This document shows positions 39,335 through 52,935 of a stretch of 64,000 bases of DNA, one piece after another. The notes under the pieces were generated by a model. That model made no database searches. It was not told the origin of the DNA and saw nothing but the letters and a program-made list of their open reading frames with translations. Origin of the DNA: Octopus sinensis (taxonomy: Eukaryota); NCBI RefSeq assembly GCF_006345805.1, contig NC_043003.1, positions 56,854,001 through 56,918,000 on the forward strand. The letters run 5' to 3'. How positions within the stretch are numbered: position 1 is the first letter of the stretch; the number at the start of each line of letters is the position of its first letter. The position numbers and the translations under genes were made by a program.

Positions 39335-39575
39335 CTCCAGTACTGTCAACAAAACGGGTAAAAAGATTTCTCCAAACATCCCGATTGATAGCCTTCCTCC
39401 TAGCCCCCTTCGGGTCAACTCCCATCGCTAGCGTGTCCAACTCGAAGGTAAAACATTACATTTTTCTTGGTATTTCTTTCGGCTTTTTTCTACCTCCAGC
39501 ATCCACCCCTTCAAAATAGCGTTATGCATCACAACTTTTCTTGCTGAGTAGGATAATATTTAGACATCCTGCGTG
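39335..39575 (-). mobile_element. RTE-clade LINE 3' end remnant
   Basis: Degenerate C-terminal motif ...GVDPKGARRKAINRDVWRNL. Confidence 0.55.
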
Positions 39576-39841
39576 ATAGAAATCGCGACATGCCAAAGGG
39601 TGGAGAAACTCAGGAGAGCAACGATTATTCGGTATAGTAAAGAATCCTCACCGATGGTAATGAAGACAAGCCATTTTGGAGAAGGAAATCTTTAGTGTGG
39701 ACTTACAGTCAGCTGATAACATTCATTTGCACAGACAAAATTTTGAAGGTGTTATAGTTTCATAGAAATGGACGATATGCCGCTAAGACATTTTCTAACC
39801 GTGCTCGGCGCCATACCACTGTTAAAATATTAAAAATAATA

Positions 39842-39880
<39 letters not shown>

Positions 39881-41350
39881 TCTTACCTATCAATCTATCA
39901 GTCTATTATCTATATTCAATATATATGTACATATAATATTTACAACACATACACACACACTCACTCACACAAATACACATACATATGGATATCCTCAATC
40001 ATAAATTTAGTGTTCGTAGTATTGAGCATTAAGTAACTAGAAATAAATGCGAATAAACATCAAACGTTTCTTTATACATGTTGAAAATCGAGAAATTGTG
40101 GACAAATATACAAATAGCATGGTGCATTCTATTTTATTTTGCTTTTAGTTTCCAAATACCATCAGAAAAAAAAAACCTATTTCCTACTCTCTAGTTAGAA
40201 CAATAATTCAATTGTGTTTAAACAGTACGGAGTTTATGAGTGGATATTAGAAATATCACAGAATACTGGCGTACAACATTACATAGTTTTTTTTTTTTTT
40301 GAAAACTTCAGGCAATGGAAAGGTGCAAATGTGTCTGAGAATACAGGTCAAAAATATAACATTGGAAATAACAAAACGAAAAATAATATGGCATGGTAAC
40401 AAAATATCAATAAAAGCGTAGTTATGTGCTTAATGTCGTTGCAGGGAAATAGTTATGGGAAATGTACAAACATATATGTTCGTGTTTTAGGAAAACAGTT
40501 GCGAATAAAATGTGCAGTAGCAATTGTCGAGTAGATAATTTCGTTTTTATAAGGTCATTGTTTACAATTGTATAATGTCCTAGCCTAAAGAGTGAAAAAA
40601 AAAAATAGATAACGTACGAAATTTTAAACTGGTAGAATATATTCTATGGGCGAGCCTACGCTTTGTTAAAAACAGAAATAGAGCGAAAAGTAACAGCTGA
40701 CTCATTTTCCATTCCGATAGAAACTGTTTATCTCTCTATCTCTTTGTGAACCCATCATACACTATCCATATATCCATCAATGCACTCTTAATAAAATCTT
40801 ACTGAACACACGTGACAAAATCTCAGTAACTAAACGAATCGCTATAATCACTCACACACACACATACTCATCGGCACACGCGCATAATTAATACTAATTC
40901 ATCTAGTGTAAAAGCATTGACTAGAAAAAACTCTGAAGTATTTATCCCCAGAACCTTGAGACAAATATAACCGATATTCATTTTTACATAAATTATACCG
41001 TGAGTACACAGCGAGATAACTATAGATGTTGAGGGGATAAAAATTAAAATTGGCGTATAACTAATATTACTTTTTCTTCGCTGCACAATTACTTCTGGTT
41101 ATATTCTTATTTTCAATATGTTAAGTTGCCTGATCTTCCCCAGACTTTCTGAACTTTAGTAAACAGTTATCTCCTTGTTTATGAAGCTTTCTAATATAGA
41201 GATCTTTTAGAAGTAACACTGTACTCCGCTTGCTTTTTTTTTATCTCCCATCTACTTTTTTTCAGTTACTGGACTGCGAATTTGCTACAGCAATAACTTG
41301 AAGTGAGTTTTCGAATAATATCTACTGAATTACTTCTTTAAGTATTATAT

Positions 41351-41394
<44 letters not shown>

Positions 41395-41514
41395 AGTTGT
41401 TTGCATATAAAATTATCTTCCAGGCCCCTTTTAGCGACGACGGTTGTCATGCAGTATGGAAGGACGAGCTTAAAGACCTACACACTCGTACATACATACA
41501 TTCAAGGATACATT

Positions 41515-41603
<89 letters not shown>

Positions 41604-41719
41604 TATATATATGAACGTATGTATTCATGAATGTATGTATGTATGTATGTACTATGCACGAATGTGTAGGTCTTTTAAGCTCGTCCTTCCTTCAAAATAT
41701 CACCACGTGTGAATCGTTG

Positions 41720-41949
41720 GCGATTTTCTTCCTCCGTCTTCCTTTCTTTTGGACTTTTTTCTGTTTTTGAAGAAGAGCGTTGCTCGAAACTTTAAACCAT
41801 CAATCTTTCCTTCATTGAGCGTCCGCTAATACTTTACATACACTACGTCCTCGCGTTGTTGTGTTTTTTGTGCGCTTGTTCTCTTTTTTGGTTGGGGATT
41901 TACTATGTATATATATGTGTGTGTGTATATATATATATGTGTTTGTATA

Positions 41950-42005
<56 letters not shown>

Positions 42006-42065
42006 TATACATAGTAAATCCCCAACCAAAAAAGAGAACAACACACAAAAAACACAACAACGCGA

Positions 42066-42068
<3 letters not shown>
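41720..42068. repeat. pLTR-like repeat with inverted partial copy (fold-back)
   Basis: Homologous to 35433-35635; about 41848-41917 is repeated inverted at about 41999-42068. Confidence 0.75.
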
Positions 42069-42104
<36 letters not shown>

Positions 42105-42106
<2 letters not shown>

Positions 42107-42240
42107 AGGGCTTCCAGACAGTTCTCGCCTACCAAATTGGCTAACAAGGCACGCTGCAATAACTGAACACTTTAGGTCAAGTTGCGGCACATTGGGACTG
42201 AACCCGATACCATGATGCTGTGAAACGAGTTTCTTTAAAT
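42105..42240 (-). mobile_element. SINE family B, 5' part
   Basis: Reverse-complement head GGGACTGAACCCG; a similar shorter piece lies at 43810-43900. Confidence 0.6.
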
Positions 42241-43774
42241 CCTCACTTGTCGTGTCATTGCTTCAACTAGTGTGTTATCCTAAATGTCTCACCCTTTCTT
42301 TATTTTTCTGTTAGATGTTGTTATATTTGTTTGGTTTTAAATCACTCTCGTTTCAAAATATACAATTGATATATTCTGTAACTTACATATATACATTGTA
42401 ATGTTTTATTTTTCCAAATGAGAGAGGTTAAATTTATATATTTATAATGTAACTAACTATATGATATTACCTCAGTCACAAGACGTTACACATTTAATAA
42501 GTACTAACTGCGATGAACATTCAAAATAATGATTCTTTTAAAGCTCATCTTCGCACAGAAATATTTGCCAGAGCGGTTGACAATTTGGATCCAGGATATT
42601 ACGCATCTACCATCGTTTACAAGAGAACGAAGTTTAAATCAACGTCAAAACTAATTTTAGGATTTATTCAGGATAGAAATTGCAAAGCTAATGATGATTT
42701 TGTTGTCTTTGAGAATCATGGCTGAAAACGGTGAAACCGGATGAGTTGAGATAATTCTTATTAAAGAATGGACTGCAAACAATTCCAATTTATGATATAT
42801 GTAAGTGTAGATTAACAGTATTTAGTAATAATTGCCGAAAGACTGGCAAGATGCCTCACGTTCGTTTGTGAAGAACCGTTAAACTCCAAGTTCAAATCCA
42901 TGTCAATTTAGATATGTTGTTTACGGAATCGATTAAATGTGCTCGCTGTAGTCTTCAGTAAAATCTATCGACAATACGCTTCTACAAATAAATCTAGTAT
43001 AGCAGCTTTGCTATTGCATCTGAATCAGGAATCCTATTTAGCTTTATCAGAAATATTTTATTCTCTTAAACATTTTTATACAAACTTCATGAATGCCAAA
43101 CTTGTTTCTCTGTTATTCTGAATATTTTAAATACATAAATAAATTAGATATTTGCCGAAGACGTTTGTGAATTCGAGCTTTTAGACACCATGTAGAGTAG
43201 ACACTTTGAAAATATATAAACAAAAGCAGAAAATGTAATTAAATATTGTTGAAAATTTTAAAATTGTGAAACGAATGAATATAATGCTATAAAAGAAATT
43301 AGTAGACAATATTTGTTATGCATAATTTTGAAGATAACTGCAGAAAATTGTGATGTTCTCTTTACAGCTGCAATCAAAATAAGTAGCAGTCGTCTGAAAT
43401 ATATTTATTAGATTTTACATAAACAAAACGAGTGTTTTCCTAGACTTGAAATCGTTAAGTTTAACATATAGTGATTATCTTTTATAGCGACAATTATGTA
43501 CGATGTCAAAGTCGATTTGATCATACATTAGTAACAATAAAGGAAATACGAATCAACGAGGAAATCGTTGATGATGCATGTTTTATTTCAGTTACATGCA
43601 CAAACGGATATCAGGGGCTCATAGTTTTATGCGGGTAACCCGCATAGAAAGCATGGTCCCGTCATCTACATTGCATTTCGTTAATATCCATGCATGGGAT
43701 GCATTATTAAACCTTTTTACTTGAGTGAGAATGTGGTATTTTTTGTTTGGGAAATTCAGGCATCATAATCAACA

Positions 43775-43809
<35 letters not shown>

Positions 43810-44675
43810 TTACGTGGGCTTCCACACAGTTCCCGCCTACCAAATTCGCTAACAAGGCACGCTGCAATAGCTGAATATTTTAGGTCAAGTGCGGCACAAG
43901 GGGTTGCAAATTTGGACGGTATCTGTAATTAATTATATCTATACTATGAGTAATAGAGGAACTGTTTATTTCATACACATAAATTCTATCTGAATGGAAG
44001 TAGGAGAAATTCCCCTAAAGAGGATATATTTGTTACGGTGACTGAAGTCTATAACTACACCATATCAGCTAGGTTAACCTGACTTTATCAAGAGCACTTG
44101 AATAAATATATGTATCAATATGTAATCGGCTCTATTGGACTCCTGCAGAGAGCATGTATTGATTTACAAAGTAAATATTTACAGTGATACACAGAAATAC
44201 GTTGAGAGTGTACATGATGATAATTTATATAAAAACAATGTACAGTTTTGTATGCAATAGATGACATATTGTTCTTTGATATGTATTTACTTATATTTAT
44301 TTTATTTTTTAATCAATGGACAGTGCCCCTTCTGGATGACCGCCTAAATGAGACTGATTATCAGCAGTAATAAGTCGATCGCATCAACATCAATACTTAT
44401 TTCAATCTACTACATTGTTTATATATAGATTCTCATCTGCTTTTAATTATTTGAAATATTCCTCTGAGGAAGGAGCTGGTTTCTAACAGAGATATAAAAT
44501 TTCGTTGCTGGAATGTAGATAATGAAACAATATCATATTTTACACTTTAGAAAAGTCTTGCATATCCTTACTGTTCTCTTTACAGATTGTATTTGTAATG
44601 TATGAGTTAGTTGGTTGCCCTCTTTCTCTACAAACCCTAGCTTGTTCAGATCGTCATATATGTATATACATACAT

Positions 44676-44767
<92 letters not shown>

Positions 44768-44984
44768 TATATATATACATATATATATTTATAACAATAA
44801 GGGTTTTTGCAACAAGTTGCTTAAACCACGTACCAAAAATATTAGAAATAGCAGCCCAACAACTACAATTTCTTTTACTGCAAAAATAAGTCTCCACAGA
44901 CAACAATATTTGTAATTCACATATGGCAAAACAGAAGAAAAACAGCGAAATCCCAGTCCTCGGATTAATTATGGACGTACGTTT

Positions 44985-45001
44985 CTGGAATATATATATA
45001 C

Positions 45002-45082
<81 letters not shown>

Positions 45083-45099
45083 GTATATATATATTCCAG
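44985..45099. repeat. 115-bp palindrome built around (TA)n
   Basis: CTGGAATATATATATACGT... and its exact reverse complement; 56-bp stem, 3-nt loop. Confidence 0.9.
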
Positions 45100-45101
45100 T
45101 C

Positions 45102-45134
<33 letters not shown>

Positions 45135-45179
45135 TATATATACGTACATACATACATACATATATATCTATATATACGT

Positions 45180-45775
45180 TTCTCATCTTTAAAGCTATAG
45201 TCATGCTGAGGCACCGCCGTTGGCTGTGCAATACCATCATTTGAAACTTCCTCCTCTATGTGGCATTTGGCGAATCATTGAGTTTGATGCTGCTGCTGCT
45301 GCTCACATCTGCGTTTCCTGCCGTGAGATAGGTTCAACTGAAATCCTTGACAAGAGGAGGTCTAGTTTTGATTTGAAATCGCCAACATCTACATCATACA
45401 GATCTCTCAGGCATTTTGGATGATACTGACAACCTGTGGGCCTTTGAAACAAGAGCTGTTTCAGTATCTTGTCCTATATTTTGTTGTCAATCCTGGGATC
45501 TGCGGTACTATGCCGAAGCTCTCTTTTCAGATATTTGTATATCTTTAAATGCCAAAGTTTGGTACAAGGCTTTCCAGAATTTTCTAGATGTAGATCACTC
45601 GAATTTTCCTGCCTCAAATCGCATGTCATTGTCTTGAGCCCACCTGGCCCATCTGCATATTGCGTTCAACTTCCGTTGCAGAGAGCAATATTTCAAGGTT
45701 TTGTCTGAGAGAGATTTGTGTCTTCTGCACGGGTAGGAAGTGTGGCTCTCTGAGCAGCTGAGGGTATATCTGAGA
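45180..45775 (-). mobile_element. CR1/L2-group LINE 3' fragment, internally deleted
   Basis: AEDTNL (FADD-like), WAQDNDMRFEAGKFE, GDFKSKLDLLLSRISVEP, then a 3' tail. Confidence 0.7.
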
Positions 45776-45777
45776 GG

Positions 45778-45846
<69 letters not shown>

Positions 45847-46529
45847 TATATATATATTAAGAAGTAATAGTTAAATTAAGTCATAGAGTGGCCATCGGTT
45901 TTGGACCTATAAAGCGCTTGGTAAAGACGACGCGTCAGACTCAAATGGCAGAAGGCACACAACTTCTCTAGAACTCTCTAGATATACGCAATGGTTAGTT
46001 GGTTTTGTAAGTAAAAAAATAACTGTTCGTACTGCTCGATAGATTCAGCGGGATGGCATTATTTCCCTTATATCGTTTCCGAAAACGGTAATATTCGAAG
46101 AAGCTGTTGTGGGACTATTCAACGACTAGGGAATTCCAAGTCTGCTTTAGATGATGACATTGACTTAATGCCTCTTTATTTGATTTTAAAAATTACCCCG
46201 GGTCTATCGAGTATTTTAGGACGGTTGCCCTCTCAGACCAGCAAAGCTTACTTCGTTTCTTGGGTACCGGAAAGACTAGCTTTGTATGGTGCTTAAAAGA
46301 GAAAAGGGCCTCACAGAGAAGTAAATGGAAACACCTTGAACAGCCACTGGCTAATATGAACAAGACGAAACGCTGCAACCTTTGCTAAACTGAGAGGGAA
46401 AGAATATAAAAAAAAACGTGATAAATCCGAGGATCTTTTTAAACTTCATGCTAGAGGTATTCAGTCTATGACCTGCTCTAAAATCTTTCCCACTTCATAC
46501 TTAAAATTCCTCATTCGTCTTAGTATCCC

Positions 46530-46780
46530 ATCACAAACACATTGTTGTTTATGGAAGACCGGCGGTCGCCCATGCCTACCAGTATACCCTCTCAACGCTA
46601 TCAATGTTATACAAGAGAAACGCAAAGACTGATACACCTTGGCACCAGTGAAATCGCAACGCATTTCTACCGCTCACTGAACTGCAGCAAAGTCAACTAA
46701 GTATCTTGGTCAAGAAGACAACACGAAGCTCGGCTCGTGAATCGAACCCACTACCTCACGATTTTGAGCTCGACGACTGT
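46530..46780 (-). mobile_element. SINE family C, diverged copy
   Basis: Reverse complement of family C head and body (TTTATGGAAGACC..GTCGCCCATGC). Confidence 0.7.
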
Positions 46781-46841
46781 AAGCCAGACGATCGATCCTT
46801 CTCGGAGGATATGGTAGACAGAAACTTAAAGAAGGGTGTTG

Positions 46842-46881
<40 letters not shown>

Positions 46882-46948
46882 CCGAACTAGTTAATTTCAA
46901 ATATGTTTGCCACATGTTTCAACAGCTAAAATGCAAATACACTTCAAT

Positions 46949-47028
<80 letters not shown>

Positions 47029-47295
47029 TTGATGATATCAAGGTGTAATCTGAAATATTAGAAAGTCAATAGACTATATATTATTCATATAAATACAGTG
47101 CACATTTAAACACAAAAGAGGTATCCATCATACGACTACCTGAACGCTAGAGAGGACAGTTAATTTCCAAACTACTATTAGGGAAAAAATTTCGAATGGA
47201 ATGAAAAATAAAAACAGTTTTCCCTATACCGGGCATGTAGTCCTATGGTGGATAACTCTTTTTCATTTAATGTACACTGTATTTATATATATATG

Positions 47296-47349
<54 letters not shown>

Positions 47350-47774
47350 GTATATATATATATATATGCACATATACACACACATACACACTACATATAC
47401 AAGCACACACATATATACATACATCTTTCTCTTTGGCGTAGTTATACTACTAACCTGGTGTTAGAAATCAAGACACATATGCTTCAGACAGGAGCGTTAG
47501 TCAAGTACAGAGAATTATAATTGAATGACAGGTGAAGAAAACGTTATGGACTTCATTATTTTACTGGTGCAATGCACTCAATGTTGAGTTCCTCTGTACC
47601 ACCCTATAGCTTAGCTGGAACTTCACAGGTACTCACCCTCGACTGCATTGCATTTTATAGCAGAAACACGTGTAAGCAACTGAAGTCCATTACATAATTT
47701 CTTGATCTTTTGTCATTTATGAAACTTTATATATAAACGTGTTTACGTGCATGAGTGTTTGAGTGTGTGTGTGT

Positions 47775-47815
<41 letters not shown>

Positions 47816-48372
47816 GCTCTGTAAGCAAACAGTTCACCAAAAGAAAGTCCGATAGAATATGTACCAAGATTAAAACAAAACAATAAAGGGGTCGATTCGC
47901 TCGAGAAAAAATTCCTAAAGGCCATACTCCAGCATTTTTGTAGTGTAATGACAGAAACAAGTGGGGAATACATGCACGCATACACACATGCATACATACA
48001 TACATGCATACATACCTGTTTTTTTTATATATCTGTTGTGCTGGTTTTCTTCTCAGTATGCGTACACGTTATTGATAACGTTCAAAGAGACCGAAATGCA
48101 TTTAACGCTCTCATTCACTACTTTGAGAGGAGTCTCGTTTTCTAATTTGTACTAATTGTATTTTTTTTTAAATACGTGGCCATAGGAGTTGTTATCAGCC
48201 GACAAACAATGCTGTGAAATGTCTTCATCATGATATATTTATATTCGTTTTGATACATGAATTAGTATTTTAATCTAACAAGACATCTATTACACATAAC
48301 GCCGATCCTCTGTCAGCTGGTGGCTATTTGCAACGCCACTTATTGCTTTTCACTCTTGATATATACATATAT

Positions 48373-48416
<44 letters not shown>

Positions 48417-48761
48417 TGACCGATTTGTGTAAGGATGCAGGCTGTTGAGACACGTTATTGATAACAAACAATAAGGCAGAAATTCAGCTAATGTTCTCAT
48501 TCACCGCTGCTGGGAGGTGTTATCATTTCTGAGTGAAAACTGACTCTCTCAGTATATATTGACATTAATTACGACATCAGATTGTTATATCGCTATTTTA
48601 ATCTAATAATGTTTCTCTTCCACACATCAAATATATCAATTATATATGTGTGTGTTTGTGTGTATACATTTATATCTACATACACACACCCTCACACACA
48701 TATATATATATATATGGATTGACACCAGTACATTTTATTATATAGTTATATATACAGTTAC

Positions 48762-48793
<32 letters not shown>

Positions 48794-49094
48794 TGAGAGA
48801 GGGAGAGAGAGAAAGAGAAATATAGATAGATGTATATACGTGTGTATTTTGTGTGTCTGCATACATATAGTTTTAAGCATGCACATTTAGATACATACAT
48901 ATATATACATATGCGCATTTTCATGTTTATATACATATAAATAAGTAATGATACTCCCACATATACACGCACTCATACACACGCATACGCTCACATTCAT
49001 GCACACCCCCACTCAATCTCGTACGCGTATATACATTATGACATTTTTTTTACATATGAAATAACAATTAAGTAAATTCTACTTTGGATTTTAG

Positions 49095-50570
49095 TGTTTT
49101 AAGGTATATATTTCTAAGGTATGAATTTTGAAGCTATATATAAGGCATTTATATTTAAGGTGTATATATTTAAGGTGCAATTATTTAAGATATATATTTT
49201 TAAGGTATAATTATTTAAGGTTTATATTTGTAAGGTATACATTTCTGAGGTATATATTTTTAAGATATACATTTTTAGGTATTTTTTTGGTATATTATAT
49301 TTTAGGTATATATATTTTTAAGGCATGTATTTTAAAGTGTACATTTTTCTTGTATACATTGTTAAGGTATATATTTTTAAGGTATACGTTTTTAAGATAT
49401 GCGTTTTTAAGGTGTATATTTTTAAGGTATACTTTTTAAGGTATACATTTTTGAGGTATATATTTTTAACCTCTACATTAAGTTACATATTTTCAGGTAT
49501 ATATTTTTAAGGTATACGTTGATAAGGTATACGTTTTTTTCAAGGTATATATTTTGAAGGTCTAATTTTTTAATGTATATATTTTTAAAGTATATATTTT
49601 GAAGGTATATATGTTCAAGGTATACATCTTTAAGGTATATATTTTTGAGGTATGTATATTTTGAAAGTATCTATTTTTAAGTTATAAATTTTTAAGGTTT
49701 ATATTTTTAAGGTATACATTTTTAAGGTATATATTTTAAAATTAAACATTTTTAAGGTATATATTTTTAAGGCATACATTTTTAAGGTATATATTTTTAA
49801 GGCATACATTTTTAAGGTATATATTTTTAAGGTATACATTTTTAAGGTATATATTTTTAAGGTATACATTTTTAAGGTATACATTTTTAAGGTATATATT
49901 TTTAAGGCATACATTTTTAAGGTATATATTTTTAAGGCATACATTTTTAAGGTATATATTTTTAAGGTATACATTTTTAAGGTATATATTTTTAAGGCAT
50001 ACATTTTTAAGGTATATATTTTTAAGGTATACATTTTTAAGGTATATATTTTTAAGGTATACATTTTTAAGGTATATATTTTTAAGGCATACATTTTTAA
50101 GGTATATATTTTTAAGGCATACATTTTTAAGGTATATATTTTAAGGTATATATTTTTGAGGTATATATTTTCAAAGTATATACTTTTAAGGTATACATTT
50201 TTAAGGTATACATTTTTAAGACGTATATATTTAGGGTATATATTTTTATGGTATATATTTTACAGTTTTATATTAAGTTATAGTAAAGGCGGCGAGCTGG
50301 CAGAAACGTTAACACGCCGGGCGAAATGCTTAGTGGTATTTCGTCTGCCGTTACGTTCTGAGCTCAAAATCCGCCGAGGTCGAGTATGCCTTTCATCCTT
50401 TCGGGGACGATAAATTAAGTACCAGTTACGCACTGGGCTCGATATAATCGACTTAATCCCTTTGTCTGTCCTTGTTTGTCCTCTGTGTTTAGCCCCTTGT
50501 GGGTAGTAAAGAAATATATATTAAGTTACATAATTCTAAGGTATATATTTTTAAGATATATATTTTTAGT
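49095..50570. repeat. 15-bp minisatellite (AAGGTATATATTTTT consensus)
   Basis: Homogeneous core at about 49750-50140 with degenerate flanks; interrupted by a SINE at 50281-50516. Confidence 0.95.
50281..50516 (+). mobile_element. SINE family A, full-length monomer with TSD
   Basis: 12-bp TSD TATATTAAGTTA at 50269-50280 and 50517-50528. Confidence 0.92.
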
Positions 50571-50702
50571 TATATATATTGATTATCAAATATTTTGAAT
50601 TATTATCTATACAAATATTGACTCACTTTCGACTTAAAGACAACATTTATTTTGTCTACCATATCGCTTATATATATTATACTACAGCCATTTTTTCTGT
50701 AA

Positions 50703-50932
50703 TTCTTTTACTTGTCTCAGTCAATAGACTACGGCTATGCTTCATCACCACCTTTTAGTCTCAGAAATCGACCCCTGGACTTGTTCATTGTAAGCCTAGT
50801 GCTTATTTTATCGGTTTCATCCGCCGAACCGCTAGGTTACGGGACGTAAACACATCAACATCGATTGTCAAAAAATGGGGGTGGGGTACAAACACTGACA
50901 TAAACACACACACAGATATATATATGTGTGTG

Positions 50933-50972
<40 letters not shown>

Positions 50973-51085
50973 GATATATATATATGTATATATATATAGA
51001 TATATATATACATATATATATATGTACATATATATATACATATATTTATACATATATATATATGTACATATATATATACATTTAT

Positions 51086-51159
<74 letters not shown>

Positions 51160-51321
51160 GATGGGCTTCTTTTACCTTCCGTCTACCAAATACACACACA
51201 AAACTTTGGTCGGCTCTAGGACGTAGTAGAATACACTTGCCCAAGGTGTTGCGCAGCGGGACTAAACCTGGAACCATATGGTTGGGATGCAAGCTTCTTA
51301 CCATACCGTCACGCCTGCGCC
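50703..51321 (-). mobile_element. SINE family B with expanded internal microsatellite
   Basis: Head at about 51321, tail at about 50703, about 270 bp of internal (TA)/(CA)n. Confidence 0.8.
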
Positions 51322-52099
51322 TGTACTTTGTTTTTCTGCGAATTCTCCTAACTGTCATTTTGTTGCTAAAAGCTGAAGCGATCAACTTGGAAATATAAAT
51401 TGAAAATCCTATCTTCAATGTAGTGTGTTCAAATTAATTGCTATTATAAAATATAGATATATATTGTAGACAAGTTTTAATTCTCTATATGTCTACTTTC
51501 ATATTTTACCAATTTGTTTATAGTAAGTAATTGCCTCTATGAAGCATGTATTCAAAATCTCATTCTCACATTCAAACATACCTGAATGTTTGTAGCTGTT
51601 TCAAATGTCGTTCACTTGCTTCTATGGCTAAGCAAGTTCTGTTTTGGAAGTTCAGGTGAAAGTGAATTAGAAGATGATAGATGTAATACTCAACCAAATT
51701 AATCATTTTCTATGATTGATTTCTTCAAGGATATTCACAGCATTACTGGCTGGCATAACCAATTCTTAAGGCGGACCAAGTGTTGCACTTCATTATATTT
51801 TATGTACGAATATTTAATTAAACTTCCACGTGTATGTTCATATAGTTAACAGAAATATATACATTTCCTGGTAAAAGACTAATAGACAATATAAATGGAA
51901 TAAATAATAGTTTGTTAGCCAAACAAGTTAGTAGAAAATATATATTGTATTGTGTTGGTTGGTTGGTTGGTTGGTTGTTTGGTTGGGCGACTGGCTAGTT
52001 ATATCGCATTAAAGTGGAGATCTATTCTGCTGTATTCCACCTTCATTCTCTATTTCGTTGCTAAAATAAATATAACTACTTTTAAATGCTTTATCTTTT

Positions 52100-52500
52100 A
52101 TCTGTTGAAGTCATTTAACTGCGGCCATGCTGGGGTATCACCTTCACGTATTTAGTCGAGCATATCGACCCAAGAGCATGTATTTCATAAGCTTGGTATT
52201 TGTTTTATCGGGTTCTTCGTGCCGAACTGTTAAGTTAGAGAAACTTAAACAAACCGACGCCAGTTGTTTAGTGGTAGACAAACACACAGACGCATGCACG
52301 CACATGCACTCTCACACGCATCCACACACAAAACATACTCACACATACAAACATATTCGATGGGTTACTTTCAGTTTCAATATCGTCTAGCAAAGCCACA
52401 CACACAAAGCATTGTTCGACCCGGGGACTCTACTGAACAACAGTTGCGCAAATGGCTGCACAGTGAGACCGAACACGGGACAATATGATTGGGAAACAGT
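52100..52500 (-). mobile_element. SINE family B, diverged copy
   Basis: Tail ACTGCGGCCATGCTGGGG and body on the reverse strand. Confidence 0.7.
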
Positions 52501-52636
52501 CTTCCTTCCACGCAGCCGAGCGTTTTCCTGTAAATTTCACAACCTAAAAATACTTCCTGGTTTATGGCAAAACTTAAATCTCAATTTACATATATAAAAT
52601 GAATCGGGTTTTTTAGATAACCGTACAGCAACATGT

Positions 52637-52935
52637 GGCGGCACATGGCCTAGTGGTTAGGGCAGCGGATTCGCGGTCGAGGGATCGCGGGTTTGGATCT
52701 CAGACCGGGGGATGTGTGTGTTTATGAGCGAAACACCTAAGCTTCACACGGCTCCGGCATAAGGTAATGGCGAACTTCTGCTGACTCTTTCGCCACAACT
52801 TTTTCTCACTCTTTCCTCCTGCATCTTGCAGGTCACCTGCGACGGACCGGCGTCCAGTCCAGGTGGAGAACCTATACGCCTAGGAAACCGAAAAACTGGC
52901 CCTACGAGTCAGGCATGGCTTGAGAAGGAACAAGC
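52637..52935 (+). mobile_element. SINE family D (tRNA-Arg-like head)
   Basis: TGGCCTAGTGGTTAG A-box and degenerate B-box; homologous to 57665-57966. Confidence 0.85.

Noticed and set aside
39332-39447. Plus-strand exon with good splice sites and an RVKR furin-like motif
   Set aside because: It is the antisense of an RTE LINE 3' end, which explains its composition.
49699-50124. 141-aa ORF (MYALKIYTLK)n
   Set aside because: It is the in-frame translation of the 15-bp minisatellite.
52637-52715. tRNA genes at SINE heads (also 19854, 17064 and 57890-57966)
   Set aside because: They have no intact cloverleaf or acceptor stem and continue into SINE bodies present in several copies.
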